From positions 30,596 through 94,595 of the forward strand of contig DATJQV010000081.1 in assembly GCA_035505375.1 (NCBI GenBank): DNA of 64,000 nt, in the 5' to 3' direction. Shown piece after piece: positions 40,216 to 49,195 of this stretch. The DNA is from a bacterium. Lineage in GTDB: Bacteria > Hydrothermota > Tepidihabitantia > Tepidihabitantales > Tepidihabitantaceae. Below the pieces are notes generated by a model. The model had not been told where the DNA came from. It saw only the letters and a program-made list of their open reading frames with translations, and ran no database searches. Position numbers and translations under genes: made by a program. Position 1 is the first letter of the stretch; every line of letters begins with the position of its first letter.

Positions 40216-41619
40216 GTGTCTAAGACAAACCGCTTTGTTCCGGTCATTCTTCCTATCGCCTGTCTGCTCCTGTTCGCATCGAGTTGCAAGGCCAGTGCCA
40301 CCAAAGACGTTGAGGGTCTGTGGCAGGGCACGCTCAAGGTGCCGAACGGCGAACTGCGGGTCGTGTTCCACATCAACAAGGCCGCCGACGGCAGGCTGAG
40401 CGCCAGCATGGACAGCCCGGACCAGGGCGCGACCGGTATTCCGGTCGATGAGTGCACGTTCACCAATGGAAAGCTGTCACTGACCGCGAAGGGCATCGGC
40501 GGCGCGTACGATGGGACCATGAAGAACGACAGCACTATCGATGGGATATGGTCACAATCAGGTGCGTCTTTGCCGCTCACACTCAAGCGGATTGAGAAGG
40601 TCGCTGAAGCAAGCCGGCCTCAGGAACCGAAGAAGCCGTACCCGTACAGAGAAGAGGAAGTCACGGTTGAGAACAAGACGGCGGGAATCACGCTCGCGGG
40701 AACGTTGACCGAGCCCGATTCCGGCGGCCCGTTTCCTGCGGTCGTGCTCATCACCGGTTCCGGACCCGAGAACCGCGACGAGGAGGTATTCGGTCACAAA
40801 CCGTTCCTGGTTCTGGCCGACTATCTGACCCGGCAGGGAATCGCAGTGCTCCGCTGTGACGACCGGGGCGTGGGGAAATCCGGCGGAGACGAAAAGACTG
40901 CGACCACCTCCGACCTCGCCACCGACACGAGGGCTCAGTTCGAGTACCTAAAGACGCGCAAGGATATCGACCCGAAGCACGTCGGTCTCATCGGGCACAG
41001 CGAGGGCGGTCTGATAGCGCCGATAGTGGCGAACGAAGCCCCGGACGTGGCGTTCGTCGTGATGATGGCGGGCCCCGGATTGCCGGGCGACTCTATTCTC
41101 ATGCTGCAGTCAGTAGCCGTGGCCAGGTCCGAGGGCGCGCCCGACTCGGCCCTGAAGCAGATAGCGACGGCTGAACGCGCCGTCCTCGACATCGTCAAGG
41201 CTGAAAAGGACACTGCCGCCGCTGCCGCGAAACTCCGCCCGTTGCTCAAGAAGCAGTCCTTGTCCGACCAGGCAATTGACGCACAGACTAAGGCCGTGCT
41301 CAGTCCGTGGTTCCGCTTCTTCGTCAGCTACGACCCGCGTCCGGCCCTCTCTCAACTTAGGCAGCCGGTGCTGGCGATTGACGGAGAGAAAGACGTACAG
41401 GTCGCGGCTGTGGAGAACCTCGCGGCAATCGAGACCGCGCTCAAGGCGGGCGGCAACAAGGACTTCGAAACCAAGGAACTGCCAGGTCTGAACCACCTGT
41501 TCCAGACGGCGAATACCGGGGCGGTGACCGAGTACGCGAAGATCGACGAGACCATCTCGCCCTCAGCGCTCCAGGTGATGGGCGACTGGATCCTCGCGCA
41601 CGCGGGCACCAAGAAGTAG
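40216..41619 (+). CDS. Alpha/beta-hydrolase lipoprotein (S9/dienelactone-hydrolase-like)
   Basis: 467 aa. Lipobox LLFASSC. Nucleophile elbow GLIGHSEGG. ...VVLITGSGPENRDEE.... Confidence 0.75.
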   Translation: MSKTNRFVPVILPIACLLLFASSCKASATKDVEGLWQGTLKVPNGELRVVFHINKAADGRLSASMDSPDQGATGIPVDECTFTNGKLSLTAKGIGGAYDGTMKNDSTIDGIWSQSGASLPLTLKRIEKVAEASRPQEPKKPYPYREEEVTVENKTAGITLAGTLTEPDSGGPFPAVVLITGSGPENRDEEVFGHKPFLVLADYLTRQGIAVLRCDDRGVGKSGGDEKTATTSDLATDTRAQFEYLKTRKDIDPKHVGLIGHSEGGLIAPIVANEAPDVAFVVMMAGPGLPGDSILMLQSVAVARSEGAPDSALKQIATAERAVLDIVKAEKDTAAAAAKLRPLLKKQSLSDQAIDAQTKAVLSPWFRFFVSYDPRPALSQLRQPVLAIDGEKDVQVAAVENLAAIETALKAGGNKDFETKELPGLNHLFQTANTGAVTEYAKIDETISPSALQVMGDWILAHAGTKK

Positions 41620-41862
41620 CCCATCCGGCACCGAAGCGGAGTCTTACCACAAAGACACCAAGACACCAAGGTCCAGGCAGTCGGATGCAGGCGACGCGAT
41701 CCATGCTTGGCCGAGACTTGGAAGTCGTCGGGCGGTCCGAACGTACTGAGGCATTTGCTGCTGGGAGCTTCTTTGTGTCTTTGTGCCTTGGTGGTTAACT
41801 CCTGCCCCGACTCTGGCTCCGAAGCTCCGAAGCCGGATTGACTTGGCCGCACCAATCGGCTA

Positions 41863-42321
41863 TTGTTGTCTGACGTGCTCCCACTAGCCATCCTGCTCCT
41901 GATTTCGGGCGTCGCACCGACCGATTCCGGCTACCTCACGGTCCGGTCGAACTCGGTCGGCATCGCGATTTACGTCGAGGGCGATTACGTCGGCCGGACA
42001 CCGGTTGAGATGCACGCGCTGAAGCCGGGCAAGTACTCGGTCTCCATTGTGTCGGACGACAGCCTGGAGAACGTCTACTGGCATCTTCGCCAGGGGAACG
42101 TTGGCAAGATGCTCTCATCGGTCTGGACTCTGGCCGCCATTAACGCCGGGACGAGTTCGGTCGAAGTCGACTCCGGCAAGGTGACCGAGCTATCTATCGA
42201 CTATGGAAAGGTCCTGAACGCGCCGACCGAAGCCAAATGGATTGCCTTCGGCTCGGTCGGCGGCCTGTTCATCGTCGGTGCAGCAGTCGGGTTCCTCATC
42301 CACTGGCTCGCCTTCCACTGA
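41863..42321 (+). CDS. PEGA domain protein with C-terminal transmembrane helix
   Basis: 152 aa. GYLTVRSNSVGIAIYVEGDYVGRTPVEMHALKPGKYSVSIV fits the PEGA motif. C-terminus GSVGGLFIVGAAVGFLIHWLAF. Confidence 0.6.
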   Translation: MLSDVLPLAILLLISGVAPTDSGYLTVRSNSVGIAIYVEGDYVGRTPVEMHALKPGKYSVSIVSDDSLENVYWHLRQGNVGKMLSSVWTLAAINAGTSSVEVDSGKVTELSIDYGKVLNAPTEAKWIAFGSVGGLFIVGAAVGFLIHWLAFH

Positions 42322-42349
42322 TGCCTAGAAGAAGAGCTAAGAGAGAAGA

Positions 42350-43573
42350 GTGAAGAGAGAAAGCAAGACCGGGCTACACCCCTCTCAATTCATCATCCGC
42401 TCTTTCCCCAAGACCGCTGCCCTGTTTGTGCTCGTCGTGCTGCTGCTTGCGCCCGGTTTGCGAGCGTCGGGACATGCCCCGGAAAACGGGGGACAGTCCC
42501 TGGAAGTCGCACAGGGCCCTGCGAAGGGACAGTCCCCGTTTTCGAGTCGCCAATCGCCAGTCGCCGTTCGCGAGGCCGACTTCTACCGCAAGCTGGGCAA
42601 TAACCTGGTCGCGTGCGACCTCTGCCCGCGCCGGTGTGTCATCGCCCCGGGCCAACGTGGATTCTGCCGCGCCCGGGAAAACCGCGACGGCAAGCTCTAC
42701 TCGGTAGTCTACGGCCACCCCTGCTCACTCAACAAGGAGCCGATTGAGAAGGCTCCGTTCTTCCACTTCCTGCCCGGCAGCGAGCGTATTACGCTCGCCA
42801 CCGCCGGCTGCAACCAGACGTGCAAGTACTGTCAGAACTGGGAGATCTCGCAAGCCCGCATGGAAGATCTGCAGAACTACAATCTTTCGCCCTCGGACGT
42901 CGTCGCCCTTGCGGTCGAAGAGAAAGTGCCGATTATCTGCTTCACCTACTCCGAGCCGACCGTGTTCTACGAGTACATGATAGACATCGCCCGCCTGGCC
43001 CGGGCCAAGGGCATCAGGACCGCGGTGGTGACCGGCGGCTACATCAACCCCGAGCCGCTCAAGCAGCTCTGCTCGCTGGTCGATGCTATCAAGATTGACC
43101 TGAAGGGCTTCACTCCCGAGTTCTACCAGAGCGTCTGCGGTTCGACACTCGAGCCAGTGCTCGAAGCGTGCAAGACTGTTGCGCAGACCCAGACTCATCT
43201 GGAGCTTGTGAACCTCGTGGTCCCGGCCCTGAATGACGACACGGCGACAATCAGGAAGATGTGCCGGTGGATCCGTGATAGCCTCGGCGACACGATCCCG
43301 GTCCATTTCACCCGGTTCTATCCCCAGTACCGACTCCAGAACTCGCCGGCCACGCCTATCGCCACACTCGAACGGACCATCGCCATCGCCAGGTCGGAAG
43401 GCCTCAAGTTCACCTACATCGGCAACGTGCCCGGCAACGCATCGGAGAACACCTATTGCCCCAAGTGCGGCAAGACTGTAATCCAGCGCAGCGGCTACAC
43501 GATAGTAGATAACAAGCTGAAGGACGGCAACTGCCCGTTCTGCGGAACTCATATCCCCGGCGTATGGCAGTAA
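42350..43573 (+). CDS. AmmeMemoRadiSam-type radical SAM enzyme with an N-terminal hydrophobic extension
   Basis: ...FYRKLGNNLVACDLCPRRCVIAPGQRGFCRARENRDGKLYSVVYG...ATAGCNQTCKYCQNWEIS...CPKCGKTV...CPFCG. The first ~70 aa include AALFVLVVLLLAPGL. Confidence 0.75.
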   Translation: MKRESKTGLHPSQFIIRSFPKTAALFVLVVLLLAPGLRASGHAPENGGQSLEVAQGPAKGQSPFSSRQSPVAVREADFYRKLGNNLVACDLCPRRCVIAPGQRGFCRARENRDGKLYSVVYGHPCSLNKEPIEKAPFFHFLPGSERITLATAGCNQTCKYCQNWEISQARMEDLQNYNLSPSDVVALAVEEKVPIICFTYSEPTVFYEYMIDIARLARAKGIRTAVVTGGYINPEPLKQLCSLVDAIKIDLKGFTPEFYQSVCGSTLEPVLEACKTVAQTQTHLELVNLVVPALNDDTATIRKMCRWIRDSLGDTIPVHFTRFYPQYRLQNSPATPIATLERTIAIARSEGLKFTYIGNVPGNASENTYCPKCGKTVIQRSGYTIVDNKLKDGNCPFCGTHIPGVWQ

Positions 43574-44601
43574 AGACAGCCATCGTCTACTCGGTGCCGC
43601 CCGAAAGGGCGCAGGAAGGGGTCGGCGCGATACTCGAAGCGTCCGAGTACTTCAAGCGTCTGCGGCCCAAGAAGCGGGTCGGCATCAAGGTCCACTTCGG
43701 CGAACACGGCAACCATAACCACCTGCGGCCGGAGTTCGTCCGCGCCGCGGCGGTTGCTGCCAGCTACTACAATCTGCAGCCCGTCGTCATCGAGACCACT
43801 GCCCTGTACCGAGGACGCCGCCAGGAGGCAACCGAGCACCTCAGGCTGGCCCGGGAGCATGGCTTCACGATCAAGAACGTTCTCGCCCCGCTGGAAATCC
43901 TCGACGGCCGGCACGGCGAGAAATCCTACCCGGTCCCGCTCGATTCCGCGCTCGTGCCCGTCGCCCGCCTGGCCCAGGGGCTCCGCCGCATCCGCTACGT
44001 CATCAACCTCGCCCACTTCAAGGGGCACATGGTGGCGGGCTTCGGTGGTGTATTCAAGAACCTCGCCATGGGCCTCGCCGCCAAGGCCGGCAAGCTTGAG
44101 ATGCACTCGCAATCCAAGCCGTGGGTCGATTCGGACCGATGCGTCAGCTGCGGCGACTGCGTCGACTACTGCCCTAGTGACGCCATCAATTACGAACAAT
44201 ACGTGGCCCACGTCGGCCCTAATTGCACCGGCTGCGGTGGCTGCCTCGCCATCTGCAAGCAGAACGCGATCAGGTTCGACTGGGACGCCGGGTCGGAGAT
44301 GGTCCAGCGCAAGATTGTCGAGTACGCCCAGGCAGTGATGCTCGACCGCGAACTCATCCACCTCAACTTCTGCCTGAACATCACCCGCAACTGCGACTGC
44401 AACACTCAGACCGAGAAACCGATAATGCCTGATGTCGGGCTGTTCGGCTCGCTCGACCCGATCGCCTGCGAACAGGCTGCCTGGGACCGAACCGGGCCGA
44501 AGCTCAAGACCATCTACCCCGAACTCCGGCCCGAGCTGCTCCTCGAAACCGCGGAGGCCCGTGGCCTCGGAACCCGCCGCTACCGTCTCGTCGAGCTATG
44601 A
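43564..44601 (+). CDS. DUF362 domain protein with 2x[4Fe-4S] ferredoxin insert
   Basis: 345 aa. ...KRVGIKVHFGEHGN... . CVSCGDCVDYCPSDAI and CTGCGGCLAICKQNAI. Overlaps the upstream gene by 10 nt. Confidence 0.7.
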   Translation: MAVKTAIVYSVPPERAQEGVGAILEASEYFKRLRPKKRVGIKVHFGEHGNHNHLRPEFVRAAAVAASYYNLQPVVIETTALYRGRRQEATEHLRLAREHGFTIKNVLAPLEILDGRHGEKSYPVPLDSALVPVARLAQGLRRIRYVINLAHFKGHMVAGFGGVFKNLAMGLAAKAGKLEMHSQSKPWVDSDRCVSCGDCVDYCPSDAINYEQYVAHVGPNCTGCGGCLAICKQNAIRFDWDAGSEMVQRKIVEYAQAVMLDRELIHLNFCLNITRNCDCNTQTEKPIMPDVGLFGSLDPIACEQAAWDRTGPKLKTIYPELRPELLLETAEARGLGTRRYRLVEL

Positions 44602-45419
44602 CCCCGGATTCCCCTTCCCCCGTCCCAGTCGACAATCGACAATCGGCAATCGACAATCCCACTTCTCCGGCCTCAATCGACAATCGACAATCGAAAATCG
44701 AAAATCCCCCGTCCCCTGTCCTGGACGTCCGCCTCGACCTGTTTGAGGGCCCGGTCGAATTGCTGCTCTACCTTGTCCGAAAGAGCGAACTGGACGTGTC
44801 CGACGTACCGGTGGGCCGCCTGACTGACGACTTCCTCGGTGCGGTCCGCCAGGCCCGGAAACTGGACATGGAATCGGCCTCGGACTTCCTCATCATGGCC
44901 GCGGTCCTGCTCCGGATGAAGACCCGCGCCCTGCTCCCGCGCAGCCCGGAAGAGGACCTGACCACTCCTACCGTCAGCCTCGACCAGATCATGGACGAGT
45001 TCCGCCGCTACCAGCAGGTCGCCCGCATGCTTTCCGACAAGGAGTCGGAGCGCCGGCTGCTTTACCCGCGCGCCGGCGAGTCGCCTCGCGCCAAGCAGGC
45101 CGAAAGCGAGGACGTCGTTGCCCTCGCGGCCGCGCTGAAGCGGGTGCTGGCTAAACTCACCCCGGAACGCGTCGCCCAGATTGCGCCGCCCCGGGTCAGA
45201 CTGGAAGACAAGATCGCCGACCTGCGTCGCCTCATGCGCGAACGCCGGTCGGCTGACTTCGAGGAAGTCGTGACCGGGACCACAATCGCCGAAGTCATCG
45301 TGCTGTTCATCGCCGTACTCGAGCTGGTCCGGCTGGGCGAGCTGCGCGTCCGCCAGCCGGACGAATTCGGCACGATCCGACTGGAGTTGCGGGAAGCGGA
45401 CCCCGTTCCCAACGGATAG
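44598..45419 (+). CDS. scpA: Segregation and condensation protein A, N-terminus encoded by tandem word repeats
   Basis: ...LDLFEGPVELLLYLVRKSELDVSDVPVGRLTDDFL...ASDFLIMAAVLLRMKTRALLP.... ATGA overlap with the upstream stop. The first ~45 codons cross the CAATCGACA tandem words. Confidence 0.85.
   Translation: MTPDSPSPVPVDNRQSAIDNPTSPASIDNRQSKIENPPSPVLDVRLDLFEGPVELLLYLVRKSELDVSDVPVGRLTDDFLGAVRQARKLDMESASDFLIMAAVLLRMKTRALLPRSPEEDLTTPTVSLDQIMDEFRRYQQVARMLSDKESERRLLYPRAGESPRAKQAESEDVVALAAALKRVLAKLTPERVAQIAPPRVRLEDKIADLRRLMRERRSADFEEVVTGTTIAEVIVLFIAVLELVRLGELRVRQPDEFGTIRLELREADPVPNG
44625..44705 (+). repeat. Tandem 8-9-nt words (CAATCGACA / AATCGAAA)
   Basis: gtcgacaatcgacaatcggcaatcgacaatccc...tcaatcgacaatcgacaatcgaaaatcgaaaatcc. 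Confidence 0.8.
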
Positions 45420-45486
45420 CGCCGCACTTTACTTGTCTTGGTTCCTGGTCTAGGATTGAGGGCCGCCAACTGACCAACCACCGCCA

Positions 45487-45996
45487 ATGAAAGTCTTTAC
45501 CATCGGCACCGACCACCGGACGAACTTCGATTTCGCCCGGCTGCTCGTGAAATATGGGATCGAGGTGCTGTTCGACGTCCGCCGCACCCCGGAGGCGCGC
45601 GAAGACTACTTCCGCCGCGACGGCCTGCAGGCGCTCGCTGCCGGCCAGGGCATCGACTACGTTTTCATGGGCAACGAACTGGGCGGGCCCCGGGACGCTG
45701 GCTTCACTCAATGGACCGCCGGCGACGAATTCAAGCGCGGCATCGACATCATCCGCAGCAAGGCCGCCAGGCGGGCCTGCTGCATCCTCTGCTCCGAGCG
45801 CACACCGGAGAACTGCCACCGCCTGGTCATCGCCGAGCACCTGGTGAAGCAGGGCATCGAGGTCGTGCACATTATCGATGAGACTTCGGTCTGGACTCCG
45901 CCGCCTCCTCGTCCGCCGCGCCCTACCCCCCGGCCCGACCTTCGCCCCTCTCAACCCGGTCGTGGCCGCTGGCGCCGTCCCGGCCCGCGCCGATGA
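45487..45996 (+). CDS. DUF488 domain protein with Pro/Arg-rich tail
   Basis: MKVFTIGTDHRTNFDFARLLVKYGIEVLFDVRRTP...CCILCSERTPENCHRLVIAEHL.... The stop overlaps the nadA ATG (ATGA at 45993-45996). Confidence 0.7.
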   Translation: MKVFTIGTDHRTNFDFARLLVKYGIEVLFDVRRTPEAREDYFRRDGLQALAAGQGIDYVFMGNELGGPRDAGFTQWTAGDEFKRGIDIIRSKAARRACCILCSERTPENCHRLVIAEHLVKQGIEVVHIIDETSVWTPPPPRPPRPTPRPDLRPSQPGRGRWRRPGPRR

Positions 45997-46955
45997 GTTC
46001 CTCTTCCGCGTCCGCCAATCTAGAATCTACAATCTCCAATCTAAAATCCTCGGTTGGCGCCGTCATCCTTGCCCATAACTACCAGAATCCGGAGATATAC
46101 GACGTGGCCGACTTCATCGGCGACTCCCTGGAACTCGCCCGCCAGGCACGCGCGGCGAGCGCCCGGCTGATTGTCTTCTGCGGGGTCCGGTTCATGGCCG
46201 AAACGGCAAAGCTGGTCAACCCGGAAACCCCGGTCGTCCTCGCCGCTCCGGACGCGGGCTGCCAGATGGCGGACATGATAACGGCCGATGCCCTGCGCGC
46301 GAGAAAGAACCAACTGGGCGATGTCACCACGGTTGCCTACGTCAATACCCCGGCCGACGTCAAGGCCGAATCCGACATTTGCTGCACCTCGGCCAACGCC
46401 ATCGCGGTCGTGAATTCGCTGCCCCGAGACAAGCGCATCCTCTTTGTGCCCGACCGCAACCTCGCCGCCTACGTCGCCCGCGAGACCGGCCGTCCGTTGC
46501 TGGATCCCGGTTCGCCAAGCGCCATTCGCCAATCGCCATTCGCCATTGTTCCATGGGAGGGCTTCTGCTACGTCCATGCGTCTTTCCGGGCGTCCGACGT
46601 GGCGCGCGCCCGCCGTGAGCACCCCGATGCATTCATCGTCGTCCACCCGGAATGCCCGCTCGAGGTAATTGACGCCGCGGACGCGGCCGCTTCGACCTCC
46701 GGCATGGTCCGACTGGCGCGGGAACACCGTGAAATCGTGCTCGGGACCGAGGCCGGGATGTGCGACCGCATCCGCCGCGACCTCCCGGACGTGAGATGCT
46801 GGCCGCTGCGCCGGACCGCGCTCTGCCGGAACATGAAGCTCACCCGGCTTGAAGACGTCCGGGCCGCGCTGGAAGGCGGGAGGGCCGAGACGACCTTGCC
46901 CGACGACATTGCCGCCCGCGCGCGTCAAGCCATTGATCGGATGATGGCGGTGTAG
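45993..46955 (+). CDS. nadA: Quinolinate synthase A with repeat-encoded N-terminus and an internal in-frame low-complexity insertion
   Basis: ...AVILAHNYQNPEIYDVADFIGDSLELARQA...FCGVRFMAETAKL...TVAYVNTPADVKAESDICCTSANA...FVPDRNLAAYV...WEGFCYVH...VVHPECP.... Confidence 0.9.
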   Translation: MSSSSASANLESTISNLKSSVGAVILAHNYQNPEIYDVADFIGDSLELARQARAASARLIVFCGVRFMAETAKLVNPETPVVLAAPDAGCQMADMITADALRARKNQLGDVTTVAYVNTPADVKAESDICCTSANAIAVVNSLPRDKRILFVPDRNLAAYVARETGRPLLDPGSPSAIRQSPFAIVPWEGFCYVHASFRASDVARARREHPDAFIVVHPECPLEVIDAADAAASTSGMVRLAREHREIVLGTEAGMCDRIRRDLPDVRCWPLRRTALCRNMKLTRLEDVRAALEGGRAETTLPDDIAARARQAIDRMMAV

Positions 46956-47009
46956 CCCTCGCCCCTTGCCGTTCTTGACTCTCAAGGACAAGCGACCTAC
47001 AGTCTCACC

Positions 47010-47543
47010 ATGCTCTCCTTACTGATCGTGCCTCTCCTGCTGACCGGCGGTTTTGAGCTCGGGGGCCGGGTCGGCGTCCTGTTCCCGGCGTCCGGACTCG
47101 AAACCAACCACGGCGATGCCGCGCTATTCGGGGTCGATTTCGGCTACCGGACCGGCCCGAATGTCTTCACGCTGGAATACCGCTACTCCGGGCTGCATGC
47201 GAAGGAGGCCAGCCCGTATCGGCTCGACATCAACGAACCTGCGATCGGCTACGGCCGCGATTTCTCGCTGGGCCGGGCCGGCGCGACATCGGATTGGGGA
47301 CTCGAAGGGTCGGTGGCAGCCGGTTTCGGCCTGCTCAGTCGCACGCTGGGCTCGGCTCGGGAGACCGGCGCGGCGCCCTCCGGCCATCTCGACGTCGGCG
47401 TCTTTCAGCGCCAGGGACACAGCCGTCTTTCGCTCACGCTGGACAATATCGTTTTCTCCGAGTCACAATCGGCCGGGAGCAGTCGCACCGTCTCACTCAC
47501 CTACCTCATCGCGCTCAAGGGAGGAGTGGCCTATGTCTTCTGA
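47010..47543 (+). CDS. Possible small outer-membrane beta-barrel protein
   Basis: 177 aa. N-terminal hydrophobic segment, alternating pattern, C-terminal ...GGVAYVF. Weak. Confidence 0.4.
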   Translation: MLSLLIVPLLLTGGFELGGRVGVLFPASGLETNHGDAALFGVDFGYRTGPNVFTLEYRYSGLHAKEASPYRLDINEPAIGYGRDFSLGRAGATSDWGLEGSVAAGFGLLSRTLGSARETGAAPSGHLDVGVFQRQGHSRLSLTLDNIVFSESQSAGSSRTVSLTYLIALKGGVAYVF

Positions 47544-48195
47544 TGCCCCGGGCCGAACCGGTCGGGTCGCTCTCGCGGCCGCCGTCGCATTGATAGTCCT
47601 GGCCGGATGCAACGACATGACCCTCCTGCGGGCGAAGTCCGACTACTTCCCGCTGATATCAGGCAGTCGCTGGACCTACGACGTCGCCGGCAACGCGGCG
47701 GTCGATTCGGTCGCCGGCGACAGCGCGATTGACGACCGGGCCTGCATCGTTGTGCTGCGCGACTACTCACCGGAGTACTGGACAAAGGCAGCGACCGAGG
47801 CAAGGAAACTCACCCGCCTCACCGTGATCCGCGAAGGCCAAGAATACACGATCGAGGAACGGTACGGTCTCGTCTACGAACTCCCGTTCGTCCTCGGCGC
47901 AACCTGGAGTGAATCGTTCTGCGACACTGTCGTGCTCATGGGCACGGACACGGTAAAACTGAACGACAGCCTGGCGGGCCGGGTCGCGGCCATCGACAGC
48001 GTGGCGACGCCGGCGGGGACGTTCATTCAGTGCTACCGCGTCGACACCTACCGCGACATCAAGACCGTCGAACCTTCAGACACCACTGACTCCCTGCTTG
48101 TCTACTCCGAATGGCTGGCTCCGGGCGTCGGCCTGGTGAAACGGGTAACCGGCACGGAGACCAGGGTGCTCACCGCCTACGAGCCCGGTTCTTAG
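47533..48195 (+). CDS. Hypothetical lipoprotein
   Basis: In-frame ATG at 47533 within track ORF 47053..48195. MSSDAPGRTGRVALAAAVALIVLAGC lipobox. The upstream part of the track ORF overlaps the previous gene out of frame. Confidence 0.5.
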   Translation: MSSDAPGRTGRVALAAAVALIVLAGCNDMTLLRAKSDYFPLISGSRWTYDVAGNAAVDSVAGDSAIDDRACIVVLRDYSPEYWTKAATEARKLTRLTVIREGQEYTIEERYGLVYELPFVLGATWSESFCDTVVLMGTDTVKLNDSLAGRVAAIDSVATPAGTFIQCYRVDTYRDIKTVEPSDTTDSLLVYSEWLAPGVGLVKRVTGTETRVLTAYEPGS

Positions 48196-48200
48196 CCGGT

Positions 48201-48974
48201 ATGGCCGACGGTAAGTCGATGACGGCGCGCCGTGACTGGGTGCCGGTAGCGCAAACCTGGGTACGCGACCCGGAAGACAAAGAGCCCTGGCGCCGACTCG
48301 CGAGCATGCCGGCGCTGGCGCTCAACGTTGTCGAACAGGAATTGATCGGCCCGGCCGCGGGCCGGACCACCTGCGTGCTCGGCGCCGGCGACGGCACGGC
48401 GCCTCTGGCGCTGGGGGCAATAGGCGCCCGGGTCACCGTCGTCGACCCAAGCCGGAGCCTGCTCGACATGGTGATGATCCGGGCACGCATCATCGGTGTC
48501 GAACTGGATTTCGTCCAGACCGATTTCTGCGACCTGTCGGCCATCCACGATACGTCCTTTGACTTCGCGTACGCAGCCCAGGCGACACGCCAGATCGAAG
48601 ACCTGGACCGGTTCTATGCCGAGGTCCACCGCATCCTCTGCCCCGGCGGCCGCTTCATCGTCAATGAGTACCATCCGGTGCGCCGCGTCTGGAAGCAGGA
48701 ACCCGGCAACCCGCAAGTCGAGTGTTCTTACTTTGACCGACGCCGTCCTCGGGAGGAGGGAGACCTGTTCCCCGACCCGAACGATCCCGGCGCAAGCCTT
48801 GGCCGGTTCGACTTCAGTTGGACCGTATCGGACCACTTCGGCGCTCTCGTTGCCGCCGGGTTCCGCGTCACGGCACTAGAGGAGGTCGGCGACACCCGCC
48901 AGAAATGGGAGATCCCGAACCTCAAAGGGCTGCCTGAGCAGCTCGTACTCGCCGCTGACCGACCCGCGTCCTGA
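48201..48974 (+). CDS. Class I SAM-dependent methyltransferase
   Basis: Motif I VLGAGDGTAPLALGAIGARVTVVDPS. ...LCPGGRFIVNEYHP. The start is trimmed to the ATG at 48201. Confidence 0.7.
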   Translation: MADGKSMTARRDWVPVAQTWVRDPEDKEPWRRLASMPALALNVVEQELIGPAAGRTTCVLGAGDGTAPLALGAIGARVTVVDPSRSLLDMVMIRARIIGVELDFVQTDFCDLSAIHDTSFDFAYAAQATRQIEDLDRFYAEVHRILCPGGRFIVNEYHPVRRVWKQEPGNPQVECSYFDRRRPREEGDLFPDPNDPGASLGRFDFSWTVSDHFGALVAAGFRVTALEEVGDTRQKWEIPNLKGLPEQLVLAADRPAS

Positions 48975-49195
48975 CCGATACGCAGTTTCAATTGCGCGAC
49001 TTCGTAGCCTTCCAGACCACTGCCGCGAAGCCCGAGTAATCGGGTTCGAGTTCCGCTCCTCGGGTCGTCCGTTCCACTGGGCCCTGCGGCCGTGCATGAG
49101 TCGCGGAAGGCCAGTTATTGACAGCGCCCGAGACGGTGTATAATTGTACGGCTGCTGTCTGCTTCACAGCTCGGGTTTCGCCCAAAGGAGGACCC

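Noticed and set aside
41640-41862. The inverted CACCAAGACAC-type words (41646-41672 and 41768-41800) as a terminator or small mobile element after the hydrolase gene.
   Set aside because: The arms are imperfect and ~100 nt apart, with no U-tract and no coding capacity. I recorded them only as members of a word family.
47053-47532. The upstream half of track ORF 47053..48195.
   Set aside because: It overlaps the 47010-47543 ORF in another frame with an Arg/Pro/Ser-rich translation. The lipoprotein signal peptide starts at the internal ATG at 47533.
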